A stretch of DNA of 64,000 nucleotides from Nitrosopumilus sp. GTDB lineage: Archaea; Thermoproteota; Nitrososphaeria; Nitrososphaerales; Nitrosopumilaceae. How positions within the stretch are numbered: the stretch's first letter is position 1; each line of letters starts with the position of its first letter. The DNA lies in NCBI GenBank assembly GCA_965205425.1, contig CBDBGZ010000008.1, positions 64,001-128,000 on the forward strand, given 5' to 3'. Positions 31,537-41,877 of the stretch are shown piece by piece. The position numbers and the translations under genes are program-made. Below the pieces are notes generated by a model. It did not search any database. It was given only the letters and a program-made list of their open reading frames with translations, and had not been told where the DNA came from.

Positions 31537-32856
31537 CAGTAGATGGGAAAGTAACTCAATTTAGATCAAAAACTATCAATTATTCAATCAATCTATTCAG
31601 ATAGAAAAAGCTTGATGAAAGTATGTCACTCCATCAAATATGCATTGTACTTCATTTGATACCATGACACACCAAGGCGTGATACTATCTAAAGCATTTG
31701 AGATTATCACTAAAATAATGTACAATATCTTATTGTTTCCATGCTCTAGTAAAAATAACTCACGGTTCCACAATGCAGACGCACATAATTCTATCATGTC
31801 ATTGTGTTTGGGAAATTCATATTCTGAATCTGGATTAAAGAGACTGGCAATGGAATCAGATAATGCTTCTCCAACTGGTTTCATGGTTGAGAAAAATCAT
31901 ATCAAAAATATCACAAAAAACAATGCAAATTCAATTACATCAGTCACTAGATAGTACCATATCAAAATTACAAGAATTGGGAGTATTGGAACAACCAGTT
32001 ACTGTAGCAATTGACAAACATCTAATCCCAAGATATGACAAATTGCCAAACCATTCTTTAATAAAATCAAAATCTAAAAACAGTACTACTCATTTTGAGA
32101 GTTACTGCACCATGCAGTGCGTTGAAAAAAGAATCAGGGCTCAATTAGGTTGTTATCCTTTGTATGACAACATATCAAATGCCGATTTTGTGCGTAAATT
32201 ACTCTCTGATGGCATCAATAATGGAATCAAGATTAAACTATTGCTAGTGGATAGGGAGTTTTTCACAGCTGGAACAATTTCAGAAATAAAACAAAAGAAT
32301 CTGAAATTTCTAATGCCTGCAAAAAAGAATTCTCGAATCAAAGATGCAATTGTACAATACGTTAATGGAGATAGAAAGTCAATCTCGCCATACACAATAA
32401 AATCATCATCAGGACATGTAGAATCATTTACTCTAGTTATTCTACCAAACAAAAATGCAAGAAAAAAATCAGATATTATTGATCAGTATGTTGTGTTTGC
32501 AACAAATATTTCACCAAAAGAAATATCATATAACATACAAAACATTCCAACTGATTACAAGAAACGTTGGGGGATTGAAACAGGCTATGCATGTGTGGGA
32601 CGATTCAGACCAAAAACCACCAGTTCAAACCAATCCATAAGATTGTTGTATTTTTACTATTCATTGATTTTGTACAATGCATGGATAATTGCTAATTTGA
32701 TTATCTCAGAAGAAACTAATGTACAAAATCACAAACCAATAATATCAATTGAAATTCTCAAATATTTCTTTGTAAAGATAATTATTCATTATTTTAGAAA
32801 TAACAAAAATAATTATTTTCTAGAATGTGTAACTTGAGTTACTTTCCCATCTACTG
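31537..32856 (+). mobile_element. ISH3-family element, transposase frameshifted (31640..31954 / 31863..32837)
   Basis: Both TIRs present; no TSD. Confidence 0.9.
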
Positions 32857-32988
32857 GTCATGGTATCAAATGAAGTACAATGCATATTTGATGGAGTGAC
32901 ATACTTCCATCAAGCTTTTTCTATCTGAATAGATTGATTGAATAATTGATAGTTTTTGATCTAAATTGAGTTACTTTCCCATCTACTG
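32857..32988 (-). mobile_element. 132-bp left-end fragment of another ISH3 copy, inverted
   Basis: Matches 24080-24211 including the TIR. Confidence 0.88.
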
Positions 32989-33348
32989 GATGTAGAACGT
33001 GGTGAAGCATTAACAATTTATGGTATTAACAATAATGGTGATGGGTCATTATTGTTCAAAAATGCCACAATAATTGATAGGGTTTTCCAACATACCAATA
33101 TGGGATTATCCATATACCCTAGTGAACGTGGAGACAGTGGAGCTCCAATCATTTACCATCATAATGGCATGTCTGAATTGGTAGGTGTTCATGAGGGTGC
33201 AGTTTGTATATTTGAAGCGTTATCTGAGAACCAATCCCGAGTAGATGTATCTGACGTTACAAGTCTGTGTGGCGATACCCCTCAACAGCATTACTACAAG
33301 GCATTCAGCGCATGGGAAAATGTCAAAACAACTTTTGGTCTGCAATGA
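32989..33348 (+). pseudogene. C-terminal remnant of an S1 serine protease paralogous to 6690..9164
   Basis: IYGINNNG, GDSGAPII, VGVHEG.VC, YYKAFSAWENVK align with the 6690 C-terminus. Confidence 0.85.
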
Positions 33349-33361
33349 TTAAATTCACATC

Positions 33362-34403
33362 TATCTTTTCCGGAAATTATTTCACCCCTTAACTAGGAGA
33401 GCATCATTCCCATACTATCGTATGCGTGGGTATCGTGGCATACCTATGGTAAAGTTAGATGAGAATAAGATCAGGTGGATTATACAATCTAAAAATGAAA
33501 AAGTCAAGAATTTAGATATTTCAGTAATCCTCAAGATAACGCCTAGAAGAGTACAACAAGTCTACTCTCAGTACAAAAAAACCAAAAAGATTCCCACACT
33601 CAAAAGACCAGGGCGTCCAAAAAAGCCAGTCACTGTACACGAGATAGAGCTAGTCAAACAAGTTCAAGAAAAATTTCATACAAACGCACTATACCTTGAG
33701 AAAATCATATCAAAATTGTACAATACCAAGATAAACCACAATCGCATCCACAAGATTATGCTAGATGAAGGATTATCAGTTGAGCAACCACGGAAAAAGA
33801 TGAGAAGAAAGTGGATCAGGTATGAACGTGAATATTCAAATTCACTGTGGCATACTGACTGGCACACAATACATGATTCACGCTGGGCAGGAAAACAACT
33901 AATTGCATTTGAAGATGATGCCTCACGATTTATCACGGGTTTCGGAGTGTATGATGAGGCAACATCTGTGAATTCTTCTGCAGTACTATCTGATGCAATA
34001 AAGAATCACGGTAGACCAGCATCCGTACTATCTGATAATGGAAAACAGTTCACATCAAATGTCAATACTCTTGATCATAACAAGCCAGTAGACTTTGAGC
34101 AGCAACTAATGAGACATCACGTAAAGCACTCTCGTACAAGAGTGAGACATCCACAAACAAATGGTAAGCTAGAAAAGTTCTGGGATATCTTTGAGTGTAA
34201 AATAGAATACTTTGAGTCAGTGGAGCAGTTTATGCATTGGTACAATCACATTAGAGTTCATGGCGCACTAGACTTGGATAACATGGAGACACCATCTGAT
34301 GCGTATCACTCCAAGATGATAACAAACGAAATACTCATAGACCCAAGCATTCTATGGAGGAATTACTCATGAAAGTGACACGAAATAATTTCTGGAAAGA
34401 ACA
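33362..34403 (+). mobile_element. IS481-family element A, copy 2
   Basis: Near-identical to 16841..17882; no TSD; marks the accessory/core boundary. Confidence 0.92.
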
Positions 34404-34454
34404 AAATCAATTTAGAGGGGAAAGAAATAATAGATTTAAAAATTATCCAAATTC

Positions 34455-34817
34455 ATGGGAAACAAGAAGGGTGGATATATTGATAAATTTCTAAAAAAAG
34501 CAGACAAGGCTATTCAAGAAGGAGTAAAAAAAGCAGATGAAGCACTAGATGAAGCAGTAGAAATTGGTTCAATGACTGCAAAACAAGCTGCAAAAACAAG
34601 TAAAGAATTACGTAATCAAGCTAAAAAAGAAAAAGAAGAATTAAAGAAGAAAGGTTTGAAGAAAATCAGTGAGGGGATATCAACTGCAAAAAATGTTACA
34701 TCAAATGCTCAGGATGATTTAGAGACATTAAAAAAACTAGGTAAATTAAGAAAAGCTGAAGTGATTACTGAAAAAGAATTTCAAGCAAAAAAGAAAAAAA
34801 TCTTGGATAGAATATAA
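34455..34817 (+). CDS. Conserved coiled-coil protein with C-terminal SHOCT-like motif
   Basis: LKKLGKLRKAEVITEKEFQAKKKKIL. Confidence 0.75.
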   Translation: MGNKKGGYIDKFLKKADKAIQEGVKKADEALDEAVEIGSMTAKQAAKTSKELRNQAKKEKEELKKKGLKKISEGISTAKNVTSNAQDDLETLKKLGKLRKAEVITEKEFQAKKKKILDRI

Positions 34818-34818
34818 A

Positions 34819-35274
34819 ATGAAAAAATCCAACATTTCAGGTACAGGAGATAAAAGAAATGTAAATTCAGATTGGTTTACTGGTAAAACATGGATGAAAG
34901 TTCTTTCAGAAAAAATTAAAGCTAAAGATCAAGATATATATCATGTTCATTTTGAAAAAGGATCAAGAACAAAACTACATCAACATAATGGAAATCAAGT
35001 ATTGATTGGAGTAAAAGGAAAAGGCAGTTTAGAAATTTTTAGAAAATATGGTACAAGTAAAAACAACTTTAAAATTAAAAAAATTGAAAAAATCATCCTC
35101 AATGAAGGAGACATTGTACACATTCCATCAAAAACACTTCATACCCACGGTTCAATAGATAAGAAAAAAGAATTCTCACATATTGCAATTAATATCCTAC
35201 CAAAAAAAAATGTAACATACAAAACAGAATGGTATGAATCTGATTTTAAAACAAAAGTTTCAAACACCATTTAG
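34819..35274 (+). CDS. Cupin domain protein
   Basis: TKLHQH..QVL, HTHG cupin motifs. Confidence 0.85.
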   Translation: MKKSNISGTGDKRNVNSDWFTGKTWMKVLSEKIKAKDQDIYHVHFEKGSRTKLHQHNGNQVLIGVKGKGSLEIFRKYGTSKNNFKIKKIEKIILNEGDIVHIPSKTLHTHGSIDKKKEFSHIAINILPKKNVTYKTEWYESDFKTKVSNTI

Positions 35275-35276
35275 AG

Positions 35277-35639
35277 ATGTCATTACGAAAAAATTCAGAA
35301 ATAGATTCAATTCAAGGAAATGAGGGGACTCAGATAAAGCAGTATTTTCACCCACACAATACCCTTAATGGAATCAACTATAGTTTAGCACAGTTTACAC
35401 TAGAGCCTGGAAAAAAATCAAAACTTCATCAAATGAGATCATCTGAAATATACTATATTTTAGAAGGCACAGGCAAGCTAATGATCAACGAAGAAACACA
35501 TTTGCTAGAAAAGAATGATTCAGCATACGTTCCACCAAATTCAAAACAGTGTATTGAAAATTCAGGGAATGTTGATTTAAAATTTTTGTGTATTGTTGAA
35601 CCTGCTTGGAAACCAGATGATGAAATCCTACTAGAATAA
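35277..35639 (+). CDS. Cupin domain protein
   Basis: LEPGKKSKLH..SEIYYILEG. Confidence 0.85.
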   Translation: MSLRKNSEIDSIQGNEGTQIKQYFHPHNTLNGINYSLAQFTLEPGKKSKLHQMRSSEIYYILEGTGKLMINEETHLLEKNDSAYVPPNSKQCIENSGNVDLKFLCIVEPAWKPDDEILLE

Positions 35640-35659
35640 TCATATAAACCCAGAATTAG

Positions 35660-36376
35660 ATGCAATTATTTTTAACATATGACAAATCTCTAATGCTAGT
35701 GAATACGTACCAAGCACTGCAAGTACTCAACGTTGATTCAAGTTCATCACAAGATGAAATAAAAGGAGCATATAGAAAGATGGCACTAGAATTACATCCA
35801 GATAAAAATCAAGGTAAGAAAGAAGATGAAGAATTTAAGAAAATTACTGAAGCATATAATCATCTAAAGAAAAATCATAATCAACACCAATCACCTTACC
35901 AAGATATAACCAAAACACAAAGAAAGCCTGAAAATAATTTTAAAAGAAAACCACAATGGGGTGCACCAGAGGATGGAAACATACCAGAACAAGATTGGGG
36001 AAAATATACACATGAATTTGAAGAAGGGGACCCAAATTTTTGGAAAGAATATGAAAAAAAATTTTGGGAGGATTACAATGCAAGAGTACGTTCAGATGGA
36101 CGTAATGGGGAATATGAAAAAGCACAAGAGCCCAAAAAACAACCAGATCTGTTTGTAAACGTTGATGAAAGTTTGTGCATAGGATGCTGTAGTTGTGAAA
36201 CTATTGCTCCAGGAGTTTTTGAAATAAACAAATCTAGTAAATCAAATCCCAAATCATCAGTAATTAATCAAAAAGGCGCAGGAGTTAACAAAATAATGAA
36301 CGCAGCTGAAACATGCCCAACAAAAGCAATCAGAGTTGAGAATACAGATACTAAAGAAAGGTTATTTCCGTACTAG
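35660..36376 (+). CDS. DnaJ-domain ferredoxin fusion (start probably 35693)
   Basis: J-domain HPDKN; CIGCCSC...CP ferredoxin motif. Confidence 0.9.
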   Translation: MQLFLTYDKSLMLVNTYQALQVLNVDSSSSQDEIKGAYRKMALELHPDKNQGKKEDEEFKKITEAYNHLKKNHNQHQSPYQDITKTQRKPENNFKRKPQWGAPEDGNIPEQDWGKYTHEFEEGDPNFWKEYEKKFWEDYNARVRSDGRNGEYEKAQEPKKQPDLFVNVDESLCIGCCSCETIAPGVFEINKSSKSNPKSSVINQKGAGVNKIMNAAETCPTKAIRVENTDTKERLFPY

Positions 36377-36780
36377 ATTTTTAATTTATTATAAAGTTCA
36401 TCCATTTCAGATTTAGACAAGTTTACAGATGAATTAAACATGCTGTGAATTGCTCCAGCAGAATCATCTTTACTTCTTGGAACTAAATGCACGTGAACAT
36501 GTGGGATTTCCTGACCTGCATCTTTACCATTATGAATTGCAACTAAAGTTGAGCCTGTAATTTTATCAACATTTGACACCATTTGATGTACTAATGAAAA
36601 GAGGTCAGTGTTTTCTTCATTACTCATATCCTGAATTTTTTGATGATGATTTTTTGGGATTACGAGAACATGGCCGGTTGCAAGGGGAAAAGCATCAAGA
36701 AAAGAAACAGATGATGACGTTTCTTTTAAAAATTTAGATTTTATTTCACCAGATATAATTTTACAAAAAATACAATCCAT
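36373..36780 (-). CDS. hit: HIT family protein (native copy)
   Basis: HVHVH motif, core gene context. Confidence 0.93.
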   Translation of the reverse strand: MDCIFCKIISGEIKSKFLKETSSSVSFLDAFPLATGHVLVIPKNHHQKIQDMSNEENTDLFSLVHQMVSNVDKITGSTLVAIHNGKDAGQEIPHVHVHLVPRSKDDSAGAIHSMFNSSVNLSKSEMDELYNKLKI

Positions 36781-36817
36781 GAAAAGTATTAAATGATTTT
36801 AAATATTAAATCATCTA

Positions 36818-37096
36818 TTATGGTTCAACAATTGTAGCCCATGCAAGGCCTTTGCCAAATTTGATCATAGTCACATCGCCAGAATTCAACGTACAATCCT
36901 CAATTGTTTTAGGAATAGTATCTGTAGTTTCAACATAACAAACCCCTTTATCATTTGTCAAAATAGTTACCTCTTCATAGACATCTTCGCGAATTAAATT
37001 CCAGAAGGGAAAAACCATTGTGGACAAAACAATTCCAGCGGTAAGAAAAGCGCCTACAAAAATGAGACTAGTTTTTTGGCTAGAACTAAGTTCCAA
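36818..37096 (-). CDS. Conserved membrane-anchored hypothetical protein
   Basis: N-terminal TM, operon-like spacing. Confidence 0.75.
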   Translation of the reverse strand: MELSSSQKTSLIFVGAFLTAGIVLSTMVFPFWNLIREDVYEEVTILTNDKGVCYVETTDTIPKTIEDCTLNSGDVTMIKFGKGLAWATIVEP

Positions 37097-37264
37097 TTAC
37101 CAAGTACCGCCATCACCTGCATTAGGATCCATTTTTTTAGCAGGTACATTTCCATGCGCTTTTTTCATATGTCTTTTCAATCGTTCTGGATCATGCAACT
37201 CTGTACCACAAACATCACATTTGGTTTTGTTTTCATCATCTTTCTTACGTTTGAATAAACCCAT
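37097..37264 (-). CDS. Small C2H2 zinc-finger protein (55 aa)
   Basis: MGLFKRKK..CDVCGTELHDPERLKRHMKKAH; below ORF cutoff. Confidence 0.75.
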   Translation of the reverse strand: MGLFKRKKDDENKTKCDVCGTELHDPERLKRHMKKAHGNVPAKKMDPNAGDGGTW

Positions 37265-37318
37265 TAATTCATAAAATTTTAAAATACATTATAAAGGATA
37301 CTCGATTTTTGTCATATT

Positions 37319-38458
37319 ATGACAGTAAAAAATATCACAGTTTTAGGTTCCGGAGTCATGGGGCATGGAATTGCTCAAGTTTCAGCAACAGCAGGATATA
37401 ATGTAGTTTTACGAGATATCAAACAAGAATTTCTAGACAAAGCTATGGAGAAAATAAAATGGAGTTTAGACAAACTAGTTTCCAAAGAAAAGATATCCAA
37501 AGAAGAAGGAGATGCAATTTTTTCAAGAATTACACCCATAGTAGACTTGAATGAGGCAGTAAAAAATGCAGAACTTGTAATTGAAGTAGTTCCAGAAATT
37601 ATGGATTTAAAAAAATCAGTTTACGCAGAGTTAGACAAAGCTGCTGCACCTGAAGTAATATTTGCATCAAATACTAGCACACTGCCAATTACAGAAATTG
37701 CAAACACGACATCACGCCCTGAAAAATTTATAGGAATTCATTTTTTCAACCCACCACAATTAATGAAATTAGTTGAAGTAATACCAGGTGAAAAAACTGC
37801 TCAAGAAATTATGGATTTGACACAAGATTACGTAAAATCAGTAAACAAACAATCGGTGTTATGTAGAAAAGATGTGCCAGGATTCATAATTAACAGATTA
37901 TTCATACCAATGGTTCATGAAGCTTGTTTTGTTCAAGATAGAACAGGTGCATCATTAGAAGAAATTGATTCAGCAGTGAAATTCAAACTAGGATTTCCAA
38001 TGGGGATTTTTGAATTAGCAGATTTTACTGGAATGGATGTTATTCATAAAGCAACAGTTGAAATGCACTTACGTGACAAAAAAGTAATCAATCCTCATCC
38101 ATTAGTTGGAAAAATGTTTGATGATAAAAAACTGGGACAAAAATCTGGAGAAGGGTATTACAAATATTCGGATGATAAATACGAACGAGTTACACTCTCA
38201 GAAGAATTGGCAGATAAATGTAATCCAATTCAGATTGTTGCAAATATTCTAAATAACGCAGCATGGCTCGTAACAAACGGGGCAAGTGATATTGAAGAGA
38301 TTGAAAAGGCAGCTCAGTTAGGATTAGGTCTCAAAAAACCATTGTTTGAAACAGCAAAAGAAATTGGAATTAAAAATATTGTAGATGAATTAAACAAACT
38401 AGCTGATGAGCATGGTGAATTTTACAGACCAGATCCCTTGTTAATCTCTATGCAGTGA
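37319..38458 (+). CDS. 3-hydroxyacyl(butyryl)-CoA dehydrogenase
   Basis: GSGVMGHGIA, ASNTSTL, IGIHFFNPP, GFIINR; enzyme class used in the thaumarchaeal 3HP/4HB cycle. Confidence 0.93.
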   Translation: MTVKNITVLGSGVMGHGIAQVSATAGYNVVLRDIKQEFLDKAMEKIKWSLDKLVSKEKISKEEGDAIFSRITPIVDLNEAVKNAELVIEVVPEIMDLKKSVYAELDKAAAPEVIFASNTSTLPITEIANTTSRPEKFIGIHFFNPPQLMKLVEVIPGEKTAQEIMDLTQDYVKSVNKQSVLCRKDVPGFIINRLFIPMVHEACFVQDRTGASLEEIDSAVKFKLGFPMGIFELADFTGMDVIHKATVEMHLRDKKVINPHPLVGKMFDDKKLGQKSGEGYYKYSDDKYERVTLSEELADKCNPIQIVANILNNAAWLVTNGASDIEEIEKAAQLGLGLKKPLFETAKEIGIKNIVDELNKLADEHGEFYRPDPLLISMQ

Positions 38459-38957
38459 TTAATTCTAAAATTTTCTTTACTGCGTCTTGTGCAGTTTCAA
38501 CACCAATAATTTTGACATTTTTTCTATGATCAACATAATCATCAATGTACGGATCAACAGAACTGCCAAGATTTTTGATTGCAACCATTGGTTTTTTGTG
38601 CATGTATGATGCACAAACCTCAGATAAAGTTCCAGAACCCCCACCTACAATAATAACACCGTCGGCACTTAATGCATTAAGATAATCACGAGTCAGACCC
38701 ATTCCTGTTGGAATTACAATGTCACAGAATTCATTTGCTAAAGAAGCATCGTCTTGAGGAATAATACCCACAGTTAAACCATTTTTATCATGTGCACCAT
38801 GAGAAGCAGCTTCCATCACCCCACCTAACCCACCATTGATCAATACAGAATCAGATTTTGCAATTTCCGATCCAATATCATATGCAATTTTTTCATGTTT
38901 AGGAGTACACCCATTAGTATTGTTTCCAATTACCAAAATTTGACGTTTTTTTGCCAC
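38448..38957 (-). CDS. TIGR00725/LOG-family Rossmann protein (GTG start at 38957 preferred)
   Basis: GGLGGVMEAA, VGIIP, GGGSGTLSE. Confidence 0.85.
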   Translation of the reverse strand: MAKKRQILVIGNNTNGCTPKHEKIAYDIGSEIAKSDSVLINGGLGGVMEAASHGAHDKNGLTVGIIPQDDASLANEFCDIVIPTGMGLTRDYLNALSADGVIIVGGGSGTLSEVCASYMHKKPMVAIKNLGSSVDPYIDDYVDHRKNVKIIGVETAQDAVKKILELITA

Positions 38958-39241
38958 ATGAATTATTGAGAAAATGGTTTGAAATATCTTTCCAAGAGAA
39001 AAGGATAGACTGTGAAATACCTTTCCAGGCATTTTCAGACATATTTTTAGTATAATTTTGGTTTGTTTTAAGAATTATCATTTTTAGTAATGCGAAAAAG
39101 AATTCTTTTTTGACATCCAATACCTGTTGGGCATAACAAAACATTCAACGAAATACTTTTACTGTTTTAGGCATGAAAATGTACGTATCTATGTATGATT
39201 TGCTTATTTTAACACAAATAGGGGAAAAAATAAAATAATTT

Positions 39242-39406
39242 ATGAATTTGACTTGCCTTCATTGTGGCAAATCATTTGTTGGACAAGTAGAAAAATTCTG
39301 TTCTAAAAACTGTCAAAATGCCCACATTGCAGATATCAATAGAAGAACTGAAAAAGCAGTTAGAGAAGACTCAGGTCATACAGATAAAATGAGTCAGGAT
39401 GAGTAA
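39242..39406 (+). CDS. Small Zn-binding protein (CxxC...FCSxxC)
   Basis: MNLTCLHCGKSFVGQVEKFCSKNCQ; 54 aa. Confidence 0.65.
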   Translation: MNLTCLHCGKSFVGQVEKFCSKNCQNAHIADINRRTEKAVREDSGHTDKMSQDE

Positions 39407-39415
39407 AATAATTTT

Positions 39416-39565
39416 TTAAATCCAAGGTTCTCCTTCATCCCATGTTTCAATTGGATTTCCAGAAACAGATTTACTATTTTTTAGATTTGCAAAGAGACAT
39501 TGATTTGAACAATGAGTGATATCCAAATTGGGAATATGATTACCACATTCTTTACACTTGTTCAT
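39416..39565 (-). CDS. Small Zn-binding protein (CxxC...CSxxC)
   Basis: MNKCKECGNHIPNLDITHCSNQCL; 49 aa. Confidence 0.6.
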   Translation of the reverse strand: MNKCKECGNHIPNLDITHCSNQCLFANLKNSKSVSGNPIETWDEGEPWI

Positions 39566-39662
39566 GCCATTTCAAAATAATCTTGTAATAATAATTAAAA
39601 ATTTCCACTTTATTCCTAGTGGTTTTTGATTTTTTTATGTTAATCTCAATATCAGCATATTT

Positions 39663-39908
39663 TCAGTGATACTCGTCTTGATCAGATACAATCAATGTCT
39701 GTAGGGATTGAATGTGTTTGATTCTTTGGATTTCTAATGAAACCGTTTGATTCAATGTCTTTACTTCATTAGACTCTATTTTGACCAACACATCAAACAT
39801 CCCAAAAACACCCTGAATTTCTTTGATAGAGTCAATGTGATTTAATTCGTCGATTACAGATAATTCTTGGCCAATAGTGCAATTAATCAGAACATACACA
39901 GTAGTCAT
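39663..39908 (-). CDS. Lrp/AsnC ligand-binding (RAM) domain protein
   Basis: YVLINC..G.E..V, GVFGMFDVLVKIE. Confidence 0.85.
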   Translation of the reverse strand: MTTVYVLINCTIGQELSVIDELNHIDSIKEIQGVFGMFDVLVKIESNEVKTLNQTVSLEIQRIKHIQSLQTLIVSDQDEYH

Positions 39909-40044
39909 AGTTTATCATCTATCCTTGCAAAGACCTTGAAGTGTTGATTTTATTCATGATCAATTGTTCCAAGTAGTTGATGTAATTCAGAAACAAATCA
40001 ATTGTTCCAGATGTTAAAACAATCAAGATGCAAGTGAAAAAGAA

Positions 40045-40149
40045 ATGTCTCAATCTAGATTATGTTTGGTTTGTAAAAACCCTATAGATAAAAATAGAGA
40101 ATTTTGTAGTGCTAAATGTGCAATAAAGTTTCTTGATTTTCAAGATTAA
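40045..40149 (+). CDS. Tiny Zn-binding protein (CLVC...FCSAKC)
   Basis: MSQSRLCLVCKNPIDKNREFCSAKCAIKFLDFQD; 34 aa. Confidence 0.5.
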   Translation: MSQSRLCLVCKNPIDKNREFCSAKCAIKFLDFQD

Positions 40150-40250
40150 TTTTAGATAACTGTTTATGGTTTAATGAAAATTTAGTCGTCAAAAGTGACT
40201 TTATGTTTAAGACTCTAATAATTAAAAATAATTTCACAATATACAAAAAA

Positions 40251-40550
40251 TTAGAAGGGGATGAAATCATCCACAGTTGTAACAACTATCACGCCTTTAC
40301 TATCTCCACCAATAGATTTCTTTATTGCATCAGATGTGGATTGAACCTTATCTGAATCTACTACCGTAGCTATGATTTTTCGTGGAAGGTGTGAACTTGT
40401 AGCACTTGTTCCTCTACCAGAACGTGTTTGTTCTGTTTCTTTACCTGCACTCTTTACGTCGTATATTATGGCGTCAAGATTAAGCTCTCTTAGAGCTCCA
40501 ATTACTGCATCAGCCTTTTCATTTTTTACCAGTACTGCCAGTCTTTTCAT
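40251..40550 (-). CDS. P-II family nitrogen-regulator-like protein
   Basis: MKRL.V.VK.EK.D.V..AL, T-loop-like SGRGT, GVIVVTTVDD; divergent and lacks the C-terminal RIRTGE. Confidence 0.75.
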   Translation of the reverse strand: MKRLAVLVKNEKADAVIGALRELNLDAIIYDVKSAGKETEQTRSGRGTSATSSHLPRKIIATVVDSDKVQSTSDAIKKSIGGDSKGVIVVTTVDDFIPF

Positions 40551-40939
40551 TCCACTTGTTTACTCTAAATCGTATTTAAGATTGTGAAAAATTGTAAATC
40601 AGGATAACTCAAGATTATTGTTTATGATATGATCGCCAACAATAAATCAAATGACGTGTTAATTCTAATGAGTAAAAGACCCTCATTATACTAAACATCT
40701 CAGTTTGGTTTCATTTTCAAGGTCTTTTACTTATTTTCTCTAATTTACGGATTCTTCAAGGTAGGTACCTTCAAAATTACTTTGATAGAACTTCAGGATT
40801 GCAGTTACATCTAGGAGTCCCAACACCTTTTAACAATCCTTTTTTGATAGGAGATAACTTTTGGACATAAACGATATTCTAGGATGTAATTTTCTGAATA
40901 GAACGAATCTTTTGTAAATAACAGATCACGTATTTTGTA

Positions 40940-41155
40940 TCATGCAATGAGTTTGACTTCATCTGTTCTTCGAACAATTTCAGGAACTATAGTTGGAATT
41001 TTCCCGTTATTCAAAACTTCAATCCCTACAATTTTACCATTTTCATCAATATCGATAAAATTATCTTTTCCATAGGAAATAGTTTTGACTGTTTTTTCAT
41101 TACTTATTCTAATGTAAAATGCATTTGCATCTCTATCATATTCTATTGAATCCAT
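40940..41155 (-). CDS. DUF2283-family putative antitoxin
   Basis: YDRDANAFYI, DIDENGKIVGIEVL. Confidence 0.85.
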   Translation of the reverse strand: MDSIEYDRDANAFYIRISNEKTVKTISYGKDNFIDIDENGKIVGIEVLNNGKIPTIVPEIVRRTDEVKLIA

Positions 41156-41429
41156 TAGCTATTAGTCCTGCTCTATCTTGCCACATCGAAGTTATAACCT
41201 TAATGTTCGTGCCCGTTTGTGCGTAAATAACAACTAAAAATGTTGAATCCAGATATGGTGGATTTCGAGGTAATCCAAAACATTCGAATTTTCCAGGTTC
41301 ATTTCCTTGAATAATTTGGGTAGGATTCATCAGCACAAGCCTAACTTGTGTTTTAGTTATTTCTCGATCTGCCAATCTACTATTTGCATGTCTAGTAAAA
41401 ATAATGTTAATTTTATCTTTTTTTGACAT
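41136..41429 (-). CDS. DUF4258-family (RelE/BrnT-like) putative toxin
   Basis: FTRHANSRLADREIT, LVVIY..IKVIT; overlaps the DUF2283 gene. Confidence 0.8.
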   Translation of the reverse strand: MSKKDKINIIFTRHANSRLADREITKTQVRLVLMNPTQIIQGNEPGKFECFGLPRNPPYLDSTFLVVIYAQTGTNIKVITSMWQDRAGLIANGFNRI

Positions 41430-41567
41430 CTTGAATCATTTATGATTCAATTAATGTAATTTAAGAATTAATTTATCATTTTAAAACAATTAATGAATCA
41501 CTTGAATATCTAATTCAAACAAATTTGGAATGGTTGGAAGAGTCAGTCATATGAGAATTTAATTCTG

Positions 41568-41861
41568 TCATATTTTTCCTTCTTTACGATTTGAAGAATA
41601 TTCTTTAACTTCAGTAGATATCCATTCAAATTCTGGATTGTTAGGACTTCCTTGAATCATCAACTTATCATTATTGTAATACGTGATAGTGATTTTACCA
41701 TCCAGAGTATCGATTTGTAAAGCTTGTCTTGTACCTGGTTGAGCATCTATGTCTTTCCAGTTAGTTCTTTCCTTGATTTTCCCCTTTAGATTGAGAAACT
41801 CACTTTCTTTAAATTCTTCAATTACAATATATGATTTCAAAATGATGTAGAACTTTATCAT
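41568..41861 (-). CDS. Hypothetical protein with TBP-like ITYYNNDKLMIQG motif
   Basis: Motif resembles the N-terminal domain of RNase HIII-like proteins. Confidence 0.5.
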   Translation of the reverse strand: MIKFYIILKSYIVIEEFKESEFLNLKGKIKERTNWKDIDAQPGTRQALQIDTLDGKITITYYNNDKLMIQGSPNNPEFEWISTEVKEYSSNRKEGKI

Positions 41862-41877
41862 GAATAGTAATTAACAT

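Noticed and set aside
16841..34403. Composite transposon bounded by two direct IS481-A copies
   Set aside because: Copy 1 has its own 15-bp TSD on both sides and the outer flanks do not match
38958..39144. N-terminal extension of the LOG-family ORF to 39032 and ORF 38914..39144
   Set aside because: Both cross the att repeat; GTG at 38957 gives the expected family start
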